Under the pieces are notes generated by a model. That model saw only the letters and a program-made list of their open reading frames with translations. It was not told the origin of the DNA and did no database searches. This document shows, one piece after another, positions 17,052-24,706 of a stretch of 40,268 bases of DNA; the stretch's first letter is position 1, and each line of letters starts with the position of its first letter. Location: positions 1 to 40,268 of the forward strand of contig WQZR01000001.1 of assembly GCA_009780625.1 (NCBI GenBank), read 5' to 3'. This stretch comes from Bacillota bacterium. Lineage in GTDB: Bacteria > Bacillota > Clostridia > Christensenellales > UBA1242. The position numbers were made by a program, and so were the translations under genes.

Positions 17052-17143
17052 ATCTAAAAAAATCTTCCAAAAACAATCGTTTCTAATTTCGAAATTTAAA
17101 TTCCGTTGGTATACTATTGATAGTGAAAACTAAGACTATATAC

Positions 17144-19876
17144 ATGACTAGAGGCCTGCTTAAGAAACTGCTGTTGATTGTTGTATTTGCTTTCACTAGC
17201 CTCTTTTTCATTGCTTGTAGCGTAGGCAGAGGTGGCGATGACAGCGACTGGGAAGGCGACGATGACTTTGGAACAAGTGACGGTGCCTTCGACCCAATGG
17301 AACTTGTTTCTTCTCTAAATGCGGTTTATGTTGCAGATGGTCCTGATGCTTCAGACCAAATGGTTATGGAAGCCATTTATAGAAGAGTTGCTCAAATTAT
17401 CCTAACAGGACTTGGTCTGCACTATGGCCAAGGTTTTTCGCACAACCACGAATTCGAAAACATGGGTGGTCGTATATTTGAAAACTTGGCGAGCCATGTT
17501 TTTGATGATTATTTTATTCAGTGGGGACATGGTGTTCCTCTTACATTTGGAACTTGGGACGAAAACTCTGGGCTTAGAATGCCTAACACACTTGGTACAA
17601 ACTTTTATTTTAATACTGCACAAAACAACGGACCTCTAATCTTTGGAAGTGGTGCGAACAACGGTGGCATGATTGCAACAGCAATGCCAATTCCAGCAGC
17701 TAGAATGTCTAACGACGGAACGTTCAATGCAATATTAAACGACAGTTGGGGATATGCTCCAAATTGGACATACACATCATCACCACTGCCACCACCAAAC
17801 CAATATCACTTTAACAACTTTCTTGAAGCATTTGTTGGAACATCAGCAATGTATAACTTCGACCCAACAACTGCAACTGATGAAGAAAAAGAAGAATTTG
17901 CAGACCCAACAACAAACTTAAATAGACTTGTAAACAGAATTGCATTTCTAAACCAAGCAGAACAACTTGATGCACTTGGTGGGGGAAGGTCAACACAAGA
18001 CTATATAAAAAACACTCAAAGAATTGGTTTTGATATAGATTTCTTGGAAGCTCTAAGAGAATATATCTATGGAACTATGATTGGATGGTCAAATGTAAAC
18101 AGTGATACGACAATAACTGCGAACCGTGCTTTTAGAGGTGATGCTGCTATGGCGCTAGGCGGTTATAGACACGATTTTGCTTACGAAATTATTTACGACG
18201 GAAGTCACTATTATCTTGTAGATAGAATTGATGTTGTTCCAGGAACTGAAACACTAACCAGTGCAGCTGTAACTTTGCAACTAACACCACTAAACGCTTT
18301 GGGTAGTAGGTCAACAATTCAAGCCGTAAGAACTTGGTCTGGGGAAAGAAGAGGTGGACAAGCTATAACAATGGTTGGAAGAGACTCGAACAGTGATTTA
18401 GAAGAAATTATTGTTACTAGATTTATTCAAGACATAACAATGAATGGACACGACACGTCAGATGCCCTAACAGCATTCCCTGCGGACTATAGAAACTATC
18501 GCGGGGTTGTTGAACAAATTTTAAGCACTCTAGACTTAGGATTCTTACAAGCAGAAATTGAGGGTATTGAAAGAGATAGATTTGATGCATTGGACAACGA
18601 ACTTCCAGACCGCCCGTATACTTTTAATGGAGTGAACGAAATGGTTTTCGCGCCGTTTGCATACGGTGGAGAGGTTCCTATTCCAAACATAGACAATGCT
18701 GACCCTAGTTTCCCGCTTCTTCTAAATGTTCCAAATGGAAGTATTATTGAAACTGAAGTGAATGGTGTTCCAACATCAATGGTTATGGCGCCAATGCTGG
18801 GTGTTTCGGTTTATAAGTTCGTTCCAATAACAGTGCTTGGTTTCGTGACGGAACTTGCAATCTTTGAACTTTCAGATGGGCTTAGAGAATCTAGATATCC
18901 AGACTGCGATTTTAAGGACATATCTGACATACAACTTTTTGAAGATATATTTGATGCAAATAGAAACTTGCTTAATGCAAACAATGGAGCTATAACAAGA
19001 AGTATTTTTAAAGACAATCTAAAACTGGATGACTATTTCCCAAGAATGCCGACTGAAAAAGTTATGGGTAAACTTCCAGATGGAGCAGACATTCTTATTG
19101 AAAGACCATTTATGCCAAGACAACAATATATCGCTGTTGCATTTGAACTTAATGGAATTGCAACTCAGAGGAACGATTTTGAACATTTATACTTCAGTTC
19201 AGGTTTCGTTAGAATAGGGCACATTGGAAACGACGATATTGATTTGATTAGCGAATATGAATACGATTTCTTGTATAACGGAAGCAATCATGGTTTCTCA
19301 AATGGTTTTGGACGATTTGGAAAATGGGGTTCTTTTGAAGAAGACGACATTGCCGATGAAGAACTTATGGAAGAACTTGGAAGACACAACAGCAACGGTC
19401 CTATGGAATGGTTTGAAATGGAAGAGATTGAAGACGAAGAAACAGGTTTCTTCGACTGGACGCATAGAGATGTGATGATTGACGATGTGACACTAGAAAA
19501 TGGCGACCCTAACCCTAACCACCCATTCGTTTTTGGCGGAGAGTGGGGAAGACCATGGATGTGGGGTGGCGGTGCTGCACCAGAATATATGGATGACAGT
19601 GTTGAATATGGAATTGAGGCAAAAGTTAAGATTAAGCAATTAGACTCTGACTTCGTTGGAGAACTTAGAAGGTCTGTTAGATATCAACAAGACGAAGATG
19701 GAAACATTCAACTTATTGTAAACTTTATTGAAATTGAAGACGTTGTCCTCCTAAGATTTATTTCGCCAGAAGTCGGTCAGTTTGCAACATTCGCAATTCA
19801 CACAATAGAGTCAATGATTTCAGGGTTTGATGTAGAACCATTCGAAATGGATTTCGATGATATGGGCTTCAGCTAA
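17144..19876 (+). CDS. Large acidic lipoprotein, unknown function
   Basis: MTRGLLKKLLLIVVFAFTSLFFIAC lipobox followed by SVGRGGDDSD. The track starts at TTG 17117 (an in-frame GTG lies at 17123), so the start is uncertain. Confidence 0.75.
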   Translation: MTRGLLKKLLLIVVFAFTSLFFIACSVGRGGDDSDWEGDDDFGTSDGAFDPMELVSSLNAVYVADGPDASDQMVMEAIYRRVAQIILTGLGLHYGQGFSHNHEFENMGGRIFENLASHVFDDYFIQWGHGVPLTFGTWDENSGLRMPNTLGTNFYFNTAQNNGPLIFGSGANNGGMIATAMPIPAARMSNDGTFNAILNDSWGYAPNWTYTSSPLPPPNQYHFNNFLEAFVGTSAMYNFDPTTATDEEKEEFADPTTNLNRLVNRIAFLNQAEQLDALGGGRSTQDYIKNTQRIGFDIDFLEALREYIYGTMIGWSNVNSDTTITANRAFRGDAAMALGGYRHDFAYEIIYDGSHYYLVDRIDVVPGTETLTSAAVTLQLTPLNALGSRSTIQAVRTWSGERRGGQAITMVGRDSNSDLEEIIVTRFIQDITMNGHDTSDALTAFPADYRNYRGVVEQILSTLDLGFLQAEIEGIERDRFDALDNELPDRPYTFNGVNEMVFAPFAYGGEVPIPNIDNADPSFPLLLNVPNGSIIETEVNGVPTSMVMAPMLGVSVYKFVPITVLGFVTELAIFELSDGLRESRYPDCDFKDISDIQLFEDIFDANRNLLNANNGAITRSIFKDNLKLDDYFPRMPTEKVMGKLPDGADILIERPFMPRQQYIAVAFELNGIATQRNDFEHLYFSSGFVRIGHIGNDDIDLISEYEYDFLYNGSNHGFSNGFGRFGKWGSFEEDDIADEELMEELGRHNSNGPMEWFEMEEIEDEETGFFDWTHRDVMIDDVTLENGDPNPNHPFVFGGEWGRPWMWGGGAAPEYMDDSVEYGIEAKVKIKQLDSDFVGELRRSVRYQQDEDGNIQLIVNFIEIEDVVLLRFISPEVGQFATFAIHTIESMISGFDVEPFEMDFDDMGFS

Positions 19877-19905
19877 AAAAAACGCGTCTAAGACGCGTTT
19901 TTTTC
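19877..19905 (+). terminator. Terminator after the 919-aa lipoprotein gene
   Basis: ACGCGTC-TAA-GACGCGT plus T7. Confidence 0.8.
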
Positions 19906-19907
19906 TG

Positions 19908-19915
19908 CATACAAT
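19908..19915 (+). promoter_or_regulatory. CATACAAT -10 element (matches the sigma-E-type CATACA-T as well as TACAAT), 5 nt before the yqfC ATG
   Basis: Read directly. No convincing -35, so the sigma assignment is speculative. Confidence 0.35.
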
Positions 19916-19920
19916 TGATT

Positions 19921-20205
19921 ATGCTAAAGTTCCTAGACGAGTTCTCTAAACTTTCAGGGCTAGACGAAGCCTTTGTTTTTTCTTCCTTTAGGTGTCTTGT
20001 TGTGGAAAGTAAAGCATATTATGCTGAAGGCTTTTTGGAAGTGTTATGCTTTTCCACAGAAGAAATAGAACTCAAACTAAAACGCGGCACGGCAAAAGTT
20101 GTTGGAAACAATCTGTCCATTCAAAAACTTGAGCCTAGCTTGATTGTTGTAGTTGGTGATATTCTTAAAACCGAAGTCAAAAAACCTCTAAAGAGCAAGG
20201 TGTGA
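19921..20205 (+). CDS. yqfC: YabP/YqfC family sporulation protein
   Basis: About 95 aa, immediately upstream of yqfD as in Bacillus. The ATG at 19921 is preferred over the TTG at 19915. Confidence 0.65.
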   Translation: MLKFLDEFSKLSGLDEAFVFSSFRCLVVESKAYYAEGFLEVLCFSTEEIELKLKRGTAKVVGNNLSIQKLEPSLIVVVGDILKTEVKKPLKSKV

Positions 20206-20206
20206 T

Positions 20207-21301
20207 ATGAGAATTAAATCTGTTTCACCTCTAAGAATACTCAGTTTGTTAAATCAACATAATTTTTCCTTATCAAAAATACAAAAAGTTAGTGATAGTG
20301 AGGTCACGTTTCGTGTTGATTCCAGTGAAGAAAAAAGACTATTTGAGTTTATTAAGCAAAAGAATCTAAAAATAGAAAGAGACGGAGAAAGCACTCGCGA
20401 AAGAATAATAAACTTATTAAAAAAGTCTGTTGCATTTTTTTGTGCTAGTGTGCTACTTTTTTTTGTCTTTCTTTTTTTATTTGAAGTTTTTATTTTCAAA
20501 ATCGAAATCAACGGCGCAGATGCTGCTCTAGCTGGAAATATAGAAAAGATAATAAATGACACTAGATTTAGGCCAAAGAGTTCCGTTGATTTAATAACTC
20601 TTCAACATGCAGTTAGAGAAGCCAATCCAGAGATTGCTCTTCTTAGCATCAACTTTATTGGTGCAACACTCGTTGTGAATGTGAAACAGACAAACGAAAC
20701 GATTATAAGAAACCCACAAGACGCGATTGTTTCAAGTGAGAGCGGCGTTGTGTATTGCGTCAGCCTTAGCAGTGGAACTGCTATGGTTAAAACCGGCATG
20801 CGAGTTGGAGAAGGGGATATTTTGATTAAACCCGAAATCGCAATAAACGGGCAGAGTCGGCTTGTTCCTGCTGTTGCCAATATTGTCATTTTGGCAGTTG
20901 AAACTCATCAAGTTGTTTTTCATGAAGCAAGGCAGGAGTTTAAATATACAGGCAACACAAAAACAGCAAAAACACTTTCGTTGTTTGGTTTAAAGTGGGG
21001 TGATGGGGAAATACACCACGGCTTCACACACTTTGATAAAATTGCAAGTAATAAGAAAAGTATATCTTCGCATCTTCCAATATATAAAACAGTCACAACA
21101 TATAAAGAAAAAACACTAGTTGAAATAAACGAAAAGTTTAGCGAGAAGGAAGAAGAGCTAAAGCAACAAGTTTTGGCAGAAACAAAAAAACTTTCAAAGC
21201 ACATAGGTGAGTTTATGGCAGAAACAGTGGAAGTGCAAAGCCTTGGAAGTGGCGCATTTAAACTTTCCGCATCAGTTCAGTTTCTTATATGCTACAATTA
21301 A
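20207..21301 (+). CDS. yqfD: Sporulation protein YqfD
   Basis: 364 aa with a single TM near residue 85 (FFCASVLLFFVFLFLF). Conserved yqfC-yqfD order. SD AAGGTG. Confidence 0.75.
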   Translation: MRIKSVSPLRILSLLNQHNFSLSKIQKVSDSEVTFRVDSSEEKRLFEFIKQKNLKIERDGESTRERIINLLKKSVAFFCASVLLFFVFLFLFEVFIFKIEINGADAALAGNIEKIINDTRFRPKSSVDLITLQHAVREANPEIALLSINFIGATLVVNVKQTNETIIRNPQDAIVSSESGVVYCVSLSSGTAMVKTGMRVGEGDILIKPEIAINGQSRLVPAVANIVILAVETHQVVFHEARQEFKYTGNTKTAKTLSLFGLKWGDGEIHHGFTHFDKIASNKKSISSHLPIYKTVTTYKEKTLVEINEKFSEKEEELKQQVLAETKKLSKHIGEFMAETVEVQSLGSGAFKLSASVQFLICYN

Positions 21302-21303
21302 AC

Positions 21304-21876
21304 ATGATGAAAAATATTATTTTGCTGCACAGTTTAAACGCAGACACAGTAGACCTTTGGGGTCAGGACGTAAAACAAAAAGCTGAGGAGCTAGGCATAG
21401 ATTTTCTTATGCCATCTTTTCCAACTAGAGCCGAAAGTAGATACGAAAAATTTGATGCAATCTTAAAAACATATTTAGGGAAGGAATTAAACAAAAACAC
21501 AATTGTTGTGTGCCACAGCATTGGTTGTGCATATTTTTCTAGATTTATGTTCGAGCATAAATTTGAGCCTTTTGCATTCATTGGCGTTGCTCCAGGCGGA
21601 ACACATCACTATGACGACGGAAGACACGATTATATCGTAGATGTAAGAAAACAGTCCATCGTTCCCGACGAAGCAAAAAGATTTGTGAAAAACAGCAATA
21701 CAAAAGTCTTTGTCATAAGAAGCGGCGAAGGAGAAATCAAAACTCCAATTCAAGCTTTGTTTTCGCATGAGTGTGGAGCAGAAGACATATATCTTGATGG
21801 TTATGGTCATTTTTCAAGCAATCCTAAAACGACAGAAATTCCTGAACTTATAGAGTTAATTAAAAAGTTACTTTAA
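21304..21876 (+). CDS. Alpha/beta serine hydrolase (YdeN-like)
   Basis: IILLHS start, CHSIGC nucleophile-elbow-like motif, GYGHF near the C-terminus. Start moved to the ATG at 21304. Confidence 0.55.
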   Translation: MMKNIILLHSLNADTVDLWGQDVKQKAEELGIDFLMPSFPTRAESRYEKFDAILKTYLGKELNKNTIVVCHSIGCAYFSRFMFEHKFEPFAFIGVAPGGTHHYDDGRHDYIVDVRKQSIVPDEAKRFVKNSNTKVFVIRSGEGEIKTPIQALFSHECGAEDIYLDGYGHFSSNPKTTEIPELIELIKKLL

Positions 21877-21885
21877 CAACCTTAG

Positions 21886-21894
21886 TGGTATAAT
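21886..21894 (+). promoter_or_regulatory. Extended -10 TGgTATAAT, 7 nt before the rluB ATG (leaderless candidate)
   Basis: Read directly. No SD. Confidence 0.5.
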
Positions 21895-21901
21895 ATAGAA
21901 T

Positions 21902-22741
21902 ATGAGATTAAATAAATATATCGCGTCGACCACTGATTATAGCCGTAGGAAAAGTGAAGATGCCATTAAAGAAGGCAGGGTTTTGATTAACAACGAGGTT
22001 GTTAAAAATCTTGCAACCACCGTGGGTGAAGAAGATGTTGTGGAGTTAGACGGCAAAATTTTGTTTCTTCCAAAAAACTTTGTGTATATATGCATGAACA
22101 AACCAAAGGGCTACATCACATCAGTGACAGACGACAGAGGCAGAAAGACTGTTCTTGATTTAATTAAAGAAAAAGACCTGCCAAGAATTTATCCTGTAGG
22201 GCGTTTAGACTACGACACAGAAGGCATGCTTATTCTAACCAACGACGGAGAACTGACAAGACAACTAACACATCCTTCAAGCAAGGTTAAAAAGATATAT
22301 CAACTTAACATCGAAGGAGAACTTTCAAAAGACGATATCAAAAAACTTGAAACTGGCGTAACGCTGGAGTTTGGCTATAAAACCGCACCAGCAACAGTTG
22401 AGATTATTGAAGTTCAATCGGCAAAACAGATTTATAGAAACAAGGTGAAAAACTATATCAAAGAAGAAGAAAAAGCAGGGCTAGACGAAAAGACAATCAA
22501 ACAAAATCTAGAAGACAACCCAATCAAGAAAAAATATGAAGACCCGAACTTCAAAATAACAAGATTTCAGTTGTCAATAACCGAAGGAAAAAACAGACAA
22601 GTCAGAAAAATGCTCGAAGCAATCGGCAAACACATAATTCTTCTAAAACGTGTTCAAATCGGGCAATTGAAAATGGGCGGCTTAAACCGCGGGGAATATA
22701 AGTTCCTAACACCGCACGAAGCTTACTTACTAAAACAATAA
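21902..22741 (+). CDS. rluB: rRNA pseudouridine synthase, RsuA/RluB family (S4 domain plus catalytic domain)
   Basis: MRLNKYIA..SRRKSEDAIKEGRVLIN S4 domain and GRLDYDTEGMLILTNDGEL catalytic motif. Lys/Glu-rich insertion before the C-terminal strand. Confidence 0.88.
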   Translation: MRLNKYIASTTDYSRRKSEDAIKEGRVLINNEVVKNLATTVGEEDVVELDGKILFLPKNFVYICMNKPKGYITSVTDDRGRKTVLDLIKEKDLPRIYPVGRLDYDTEGMLILTNDGELTRQLTHPSSKVKKIYQLNIEGELSKDDIKKLETGVTLEFGYKTAPATVEIIEVQSAKQIYRNKVKNYIKEEEKAGLDEKTIKQNLEDNPIKKKYEDPNFKITRFQLSITEGKNRQVRKMLEAIGKHIILLKRVQIGQLKMGGLNRGEYKFLTPHEAYLLKQ

Positions 22742-22742
22742 T

Positions 22743-22767
22743 GTAGGGGTCGACCACTGGGCGACCC
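22743..22767 (+). repeat. REP copy 7 (25-nt subtype GTAGGGGTCGACCACTGGGCGACCC), intergenic rluB-ruvA
   Basis: Starts 1 nt after the rluB TAA. Same subtype as copy 12. Confidence 0.85.
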
Positions 22768-22789
22768 GAGCGACCAAAGGGAGCAGAAA

Positions 22790-23395
22790 ATGATTTCATT
22801 TATTGAAGGAAAAATTGTAGAGAAAACAGATAAGAGCATTATCGTTAAATGCGGACATATGGGCATGGAAATTTTGGCGTCTTCGTTTTCGATTGCAAAT
22901 GCAAAGCACACAGGCGAAGAAGACTTTTTTTATACATACCTTCATGTTAGGGAAGACGCGTTGGTGCTTTTAGGTTTCAAAACAAAAGAAGAACGCGGAA
23001 TATTTTTAAATCTGATTGAAGTTTCGGGAATTGGTCCAAAAGCAGCAATGACAATTCTAAGCGCAATGCCACTTGAGAACTTAGCTTCAGCAATTGTAAG
23101 GGGAGATGTGAATGCCCTTGCTTCAGCAAAAGGCGTTGGAAAGAAAACAGCAGAACGCATTGTGCTTGAACTTAAAGAAAACATTAGAAAGAATTACAAA
23201 TCAGATGTAGGGGTCGCGCCTCAGAGCGACCCGCAATCAGACATAAGTCTTAGCCAAATTGAGCAAGACGCACAAATCGGGCTAATGAGTCTAGGGCTTA
23301 CCAAAAAAGAATCTGCAGAAGTGATTAAAAAAACGAGAGAGCATTCACCAAAAACCAGCGAAGAAATAATTAAACTCTCATTAAGGATGTTATAG
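22790..23395 (+). CDS. ruvA: Holliday junction branch migration complex subunit RuvA
   Basis: MISFIEGKI N-terminus, GIGPKAAMTILS and AKGVGKKTAERIVLELK HhH motifs. REP insert in the domain II-III linker. Confidence 0.92.
   Translation: MISFIEGKIVEKTDKSIIVKCGHMGMEILASSFSIANAKHTGEEDFFYTYLHVREDALVLLGFKTKEERGIFLNLIEVSGIGPKAAMTILSAMPLENLASAIVRGDVNALASAKGVGKKTAERIVLELKENIRKNYKSDVGVAPQSDPQSDISLSQIEQDAQIGLMSLGLTKKESAEVIKKTREHSPKTSEEIIKLSLRML
23207..23232 (+). repeat. REP copy 8 (GTAGGGGTCGCGCCTCAGAGCGACCC), inside ruvA
   Basis: Encodes VGVAPQSDP. Differs by 1 nt from copy 11 over GTAG...GACCCGCAA. Confidence 0.9.
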
Positions 23396-23396
23396 T

Positions 23397-23597
23397 ATGA
23401 AGAAATATTTAAAAGATAAGATTTTTTGGATTCTAGTAATAATCGCAGCATTGTCTGGTATTTTGGGAATTACTTTAAGTTTTTTTCCAGAAAATCTTAC
23501 AGCTAGTTTGTTCGCAGCAATATTCACGATTACATTCGCTCTTTCTCTATTGTCAATATTGATATATATGGTCATTAAGGAGTTTAGATATAAATAA
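23397..23597 (+). CDS. Small membrane protein (2 TM) between ruvA and ruvB
   Basis: ATG lies 1 nt after the ruvA stop. Hydrophobic 66 aa, followed by a terminator. Confidence 0.5.
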   Translation: MKKYLKDKIFWILVIIAALSGILGITLSFFPENLTASLFAAIFTITFALSLLSILIYMVIKEFRYK

Positions 23598-23604
23598 GTA
23601 TTTC

Positions 23605-23628
23605 AAAACTCCTAACGGAGTTTTTTTG
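23605..23628 (+). terminator. Terminator between the ruvA/small ORF and ruvB
   Basis: AAACTCC-TAAC-GGAGTTT plus a T-run. Confidence 0.7.
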
Positions 23629-23637
23629 TGCTAAAAT
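23629..23637 (+). promoter_or_regulatory. Extended -10 TGcTAAAAT, 6 nt before the ruvB ATG (leaderless candidate)
   Basis: Read directly. Follows a terminator. No SD. Confidence 0.5.
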
Positions 23638-23643
23638 ATAAGC

Positions 23644-24705
23644 ATGGACCCTAAAGATTTTATTAAGTCAGCAAAACCTGCTGGAACACAAATAGAAGTT
23701 CGCGATGTTGCTCCTATAAAACAGGAACAAGATATCGATTTTGAAAACAAACTTAGACCAAAGAGTCTAGTTTCTTTTGTTGGTCAGAAAAAGATTAAAG
23801 AAAACCTGAATGTATATATCTCTGCAGCAAAGAAAAGAAATGAAGTTCTAGACCACGTTTTGCTATATGGTCCTCCAGGACTTGGAAAAACAACTCTTGC
23901 ACGCATCTTAGCAACAGAAATGAACGCACAGATTAGATACACAACTGGTCCAACAATTGAGCGTGCTGCAGACCTTGCCAGCATTCTTTCAAACATCAAA
24001 CGTGGTGATGTTTTATTCATAGACGAAATTCATGGACTTGCTAAAAATATCGAAGAAATTTTATATGGAGCAATGGAAGATTTCAGCCTAGACCTAATCA
24101 CAGGAAAAGGTCCATCTGCAAACAGCATTCGCATTTCAATTGAACCATTCACGCTTATAGGAGCCACCACAAGGGCAGGGTTAATCTCTGCACCACTTAG
24201 AGACCGTTTCGGTGTTGTTGAACGTCTGGAGCTATATACAGCCGAAGAACTGGCTCAAATCGTTTCACGCAGTGCTGAAATTCTTGGAATTAAGATTTCA
24301 CAAGATGCAGCAACAGAACTAGCTAAACGCGCACGCGGAACGCCAAGAATTGCAAACAGACTTATTCGAAGAGTTAGAGACTTTGCGGAATTTGCAGGGA
24401 AAGATTCAATAGGTATTGAAGAAACAAAACATGCTCTAGAAAAACTTGGAATTGATGCACTAGGTCTAGACGCAACAGACATAAAACTACTTAAAGCAAT
24501 TCACGAAAAATATTCAAACGGTCCAGTTGGACTTGAAACACTTTCAGCAATCACAGGTGAAGATTCTAAAACAATCGAAGATATGTATGAGCCATATTTG
24601 ATGGCGTTAGGCTTACTAACAAAAACACCACGCGGAAGAATAATCACCGACGCAGCAATCGAACACATCACAGGAAAACCAGCAGGAGGACAACTCAGTT
24701 TCTAA
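23644..24705 (+). CDS. ruvB: Holliday junction DNA helicase RuvB
   Basis: [13 protein letters not shown] Walker A, VLFIDEIH Walker [16 protein letters not shown]. Confidence 0.96.
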   Translation: MDPKDFIKSAKPAGTQIEVRDVAPIKQEQDIDFENKLRPKSLVSFVGQKKIKENLNVYISAAKKRNEVLDHVLLYGPPGLGKTTLARILATEMNAQIRYTTGPTIERAADLASILSNIKRGDVLFIDEIHGLAKNIEEILYGAMEDFSLDLITGKGPSANSIRISIEPFTLIGATTRAGLISAPLRDRFGVVERLELYTAEELAQIVSRSAEILGIKISQDAATELAKRARGTPRIANRLIRRVRDFAEFAGKDSIGIEETKHALEKLGIDALGLDATDIKLLKAIHEKYSNGPVGLETLSAITGEDSKTIEDMYEPYLMALGLLTKTPRGRIITDAAIEHITGKPAGGQLSF

Positions 24706-24706
24706 A

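Noticed and set aside
23207-23232. In-frame inserts as mini-inteins or introns
   Set aside because: The inserts are only about 27-30 nt. They lack splicing motifs and intein blocks, and they are simply translated in an open frame. They are too short for any self-splicing element.
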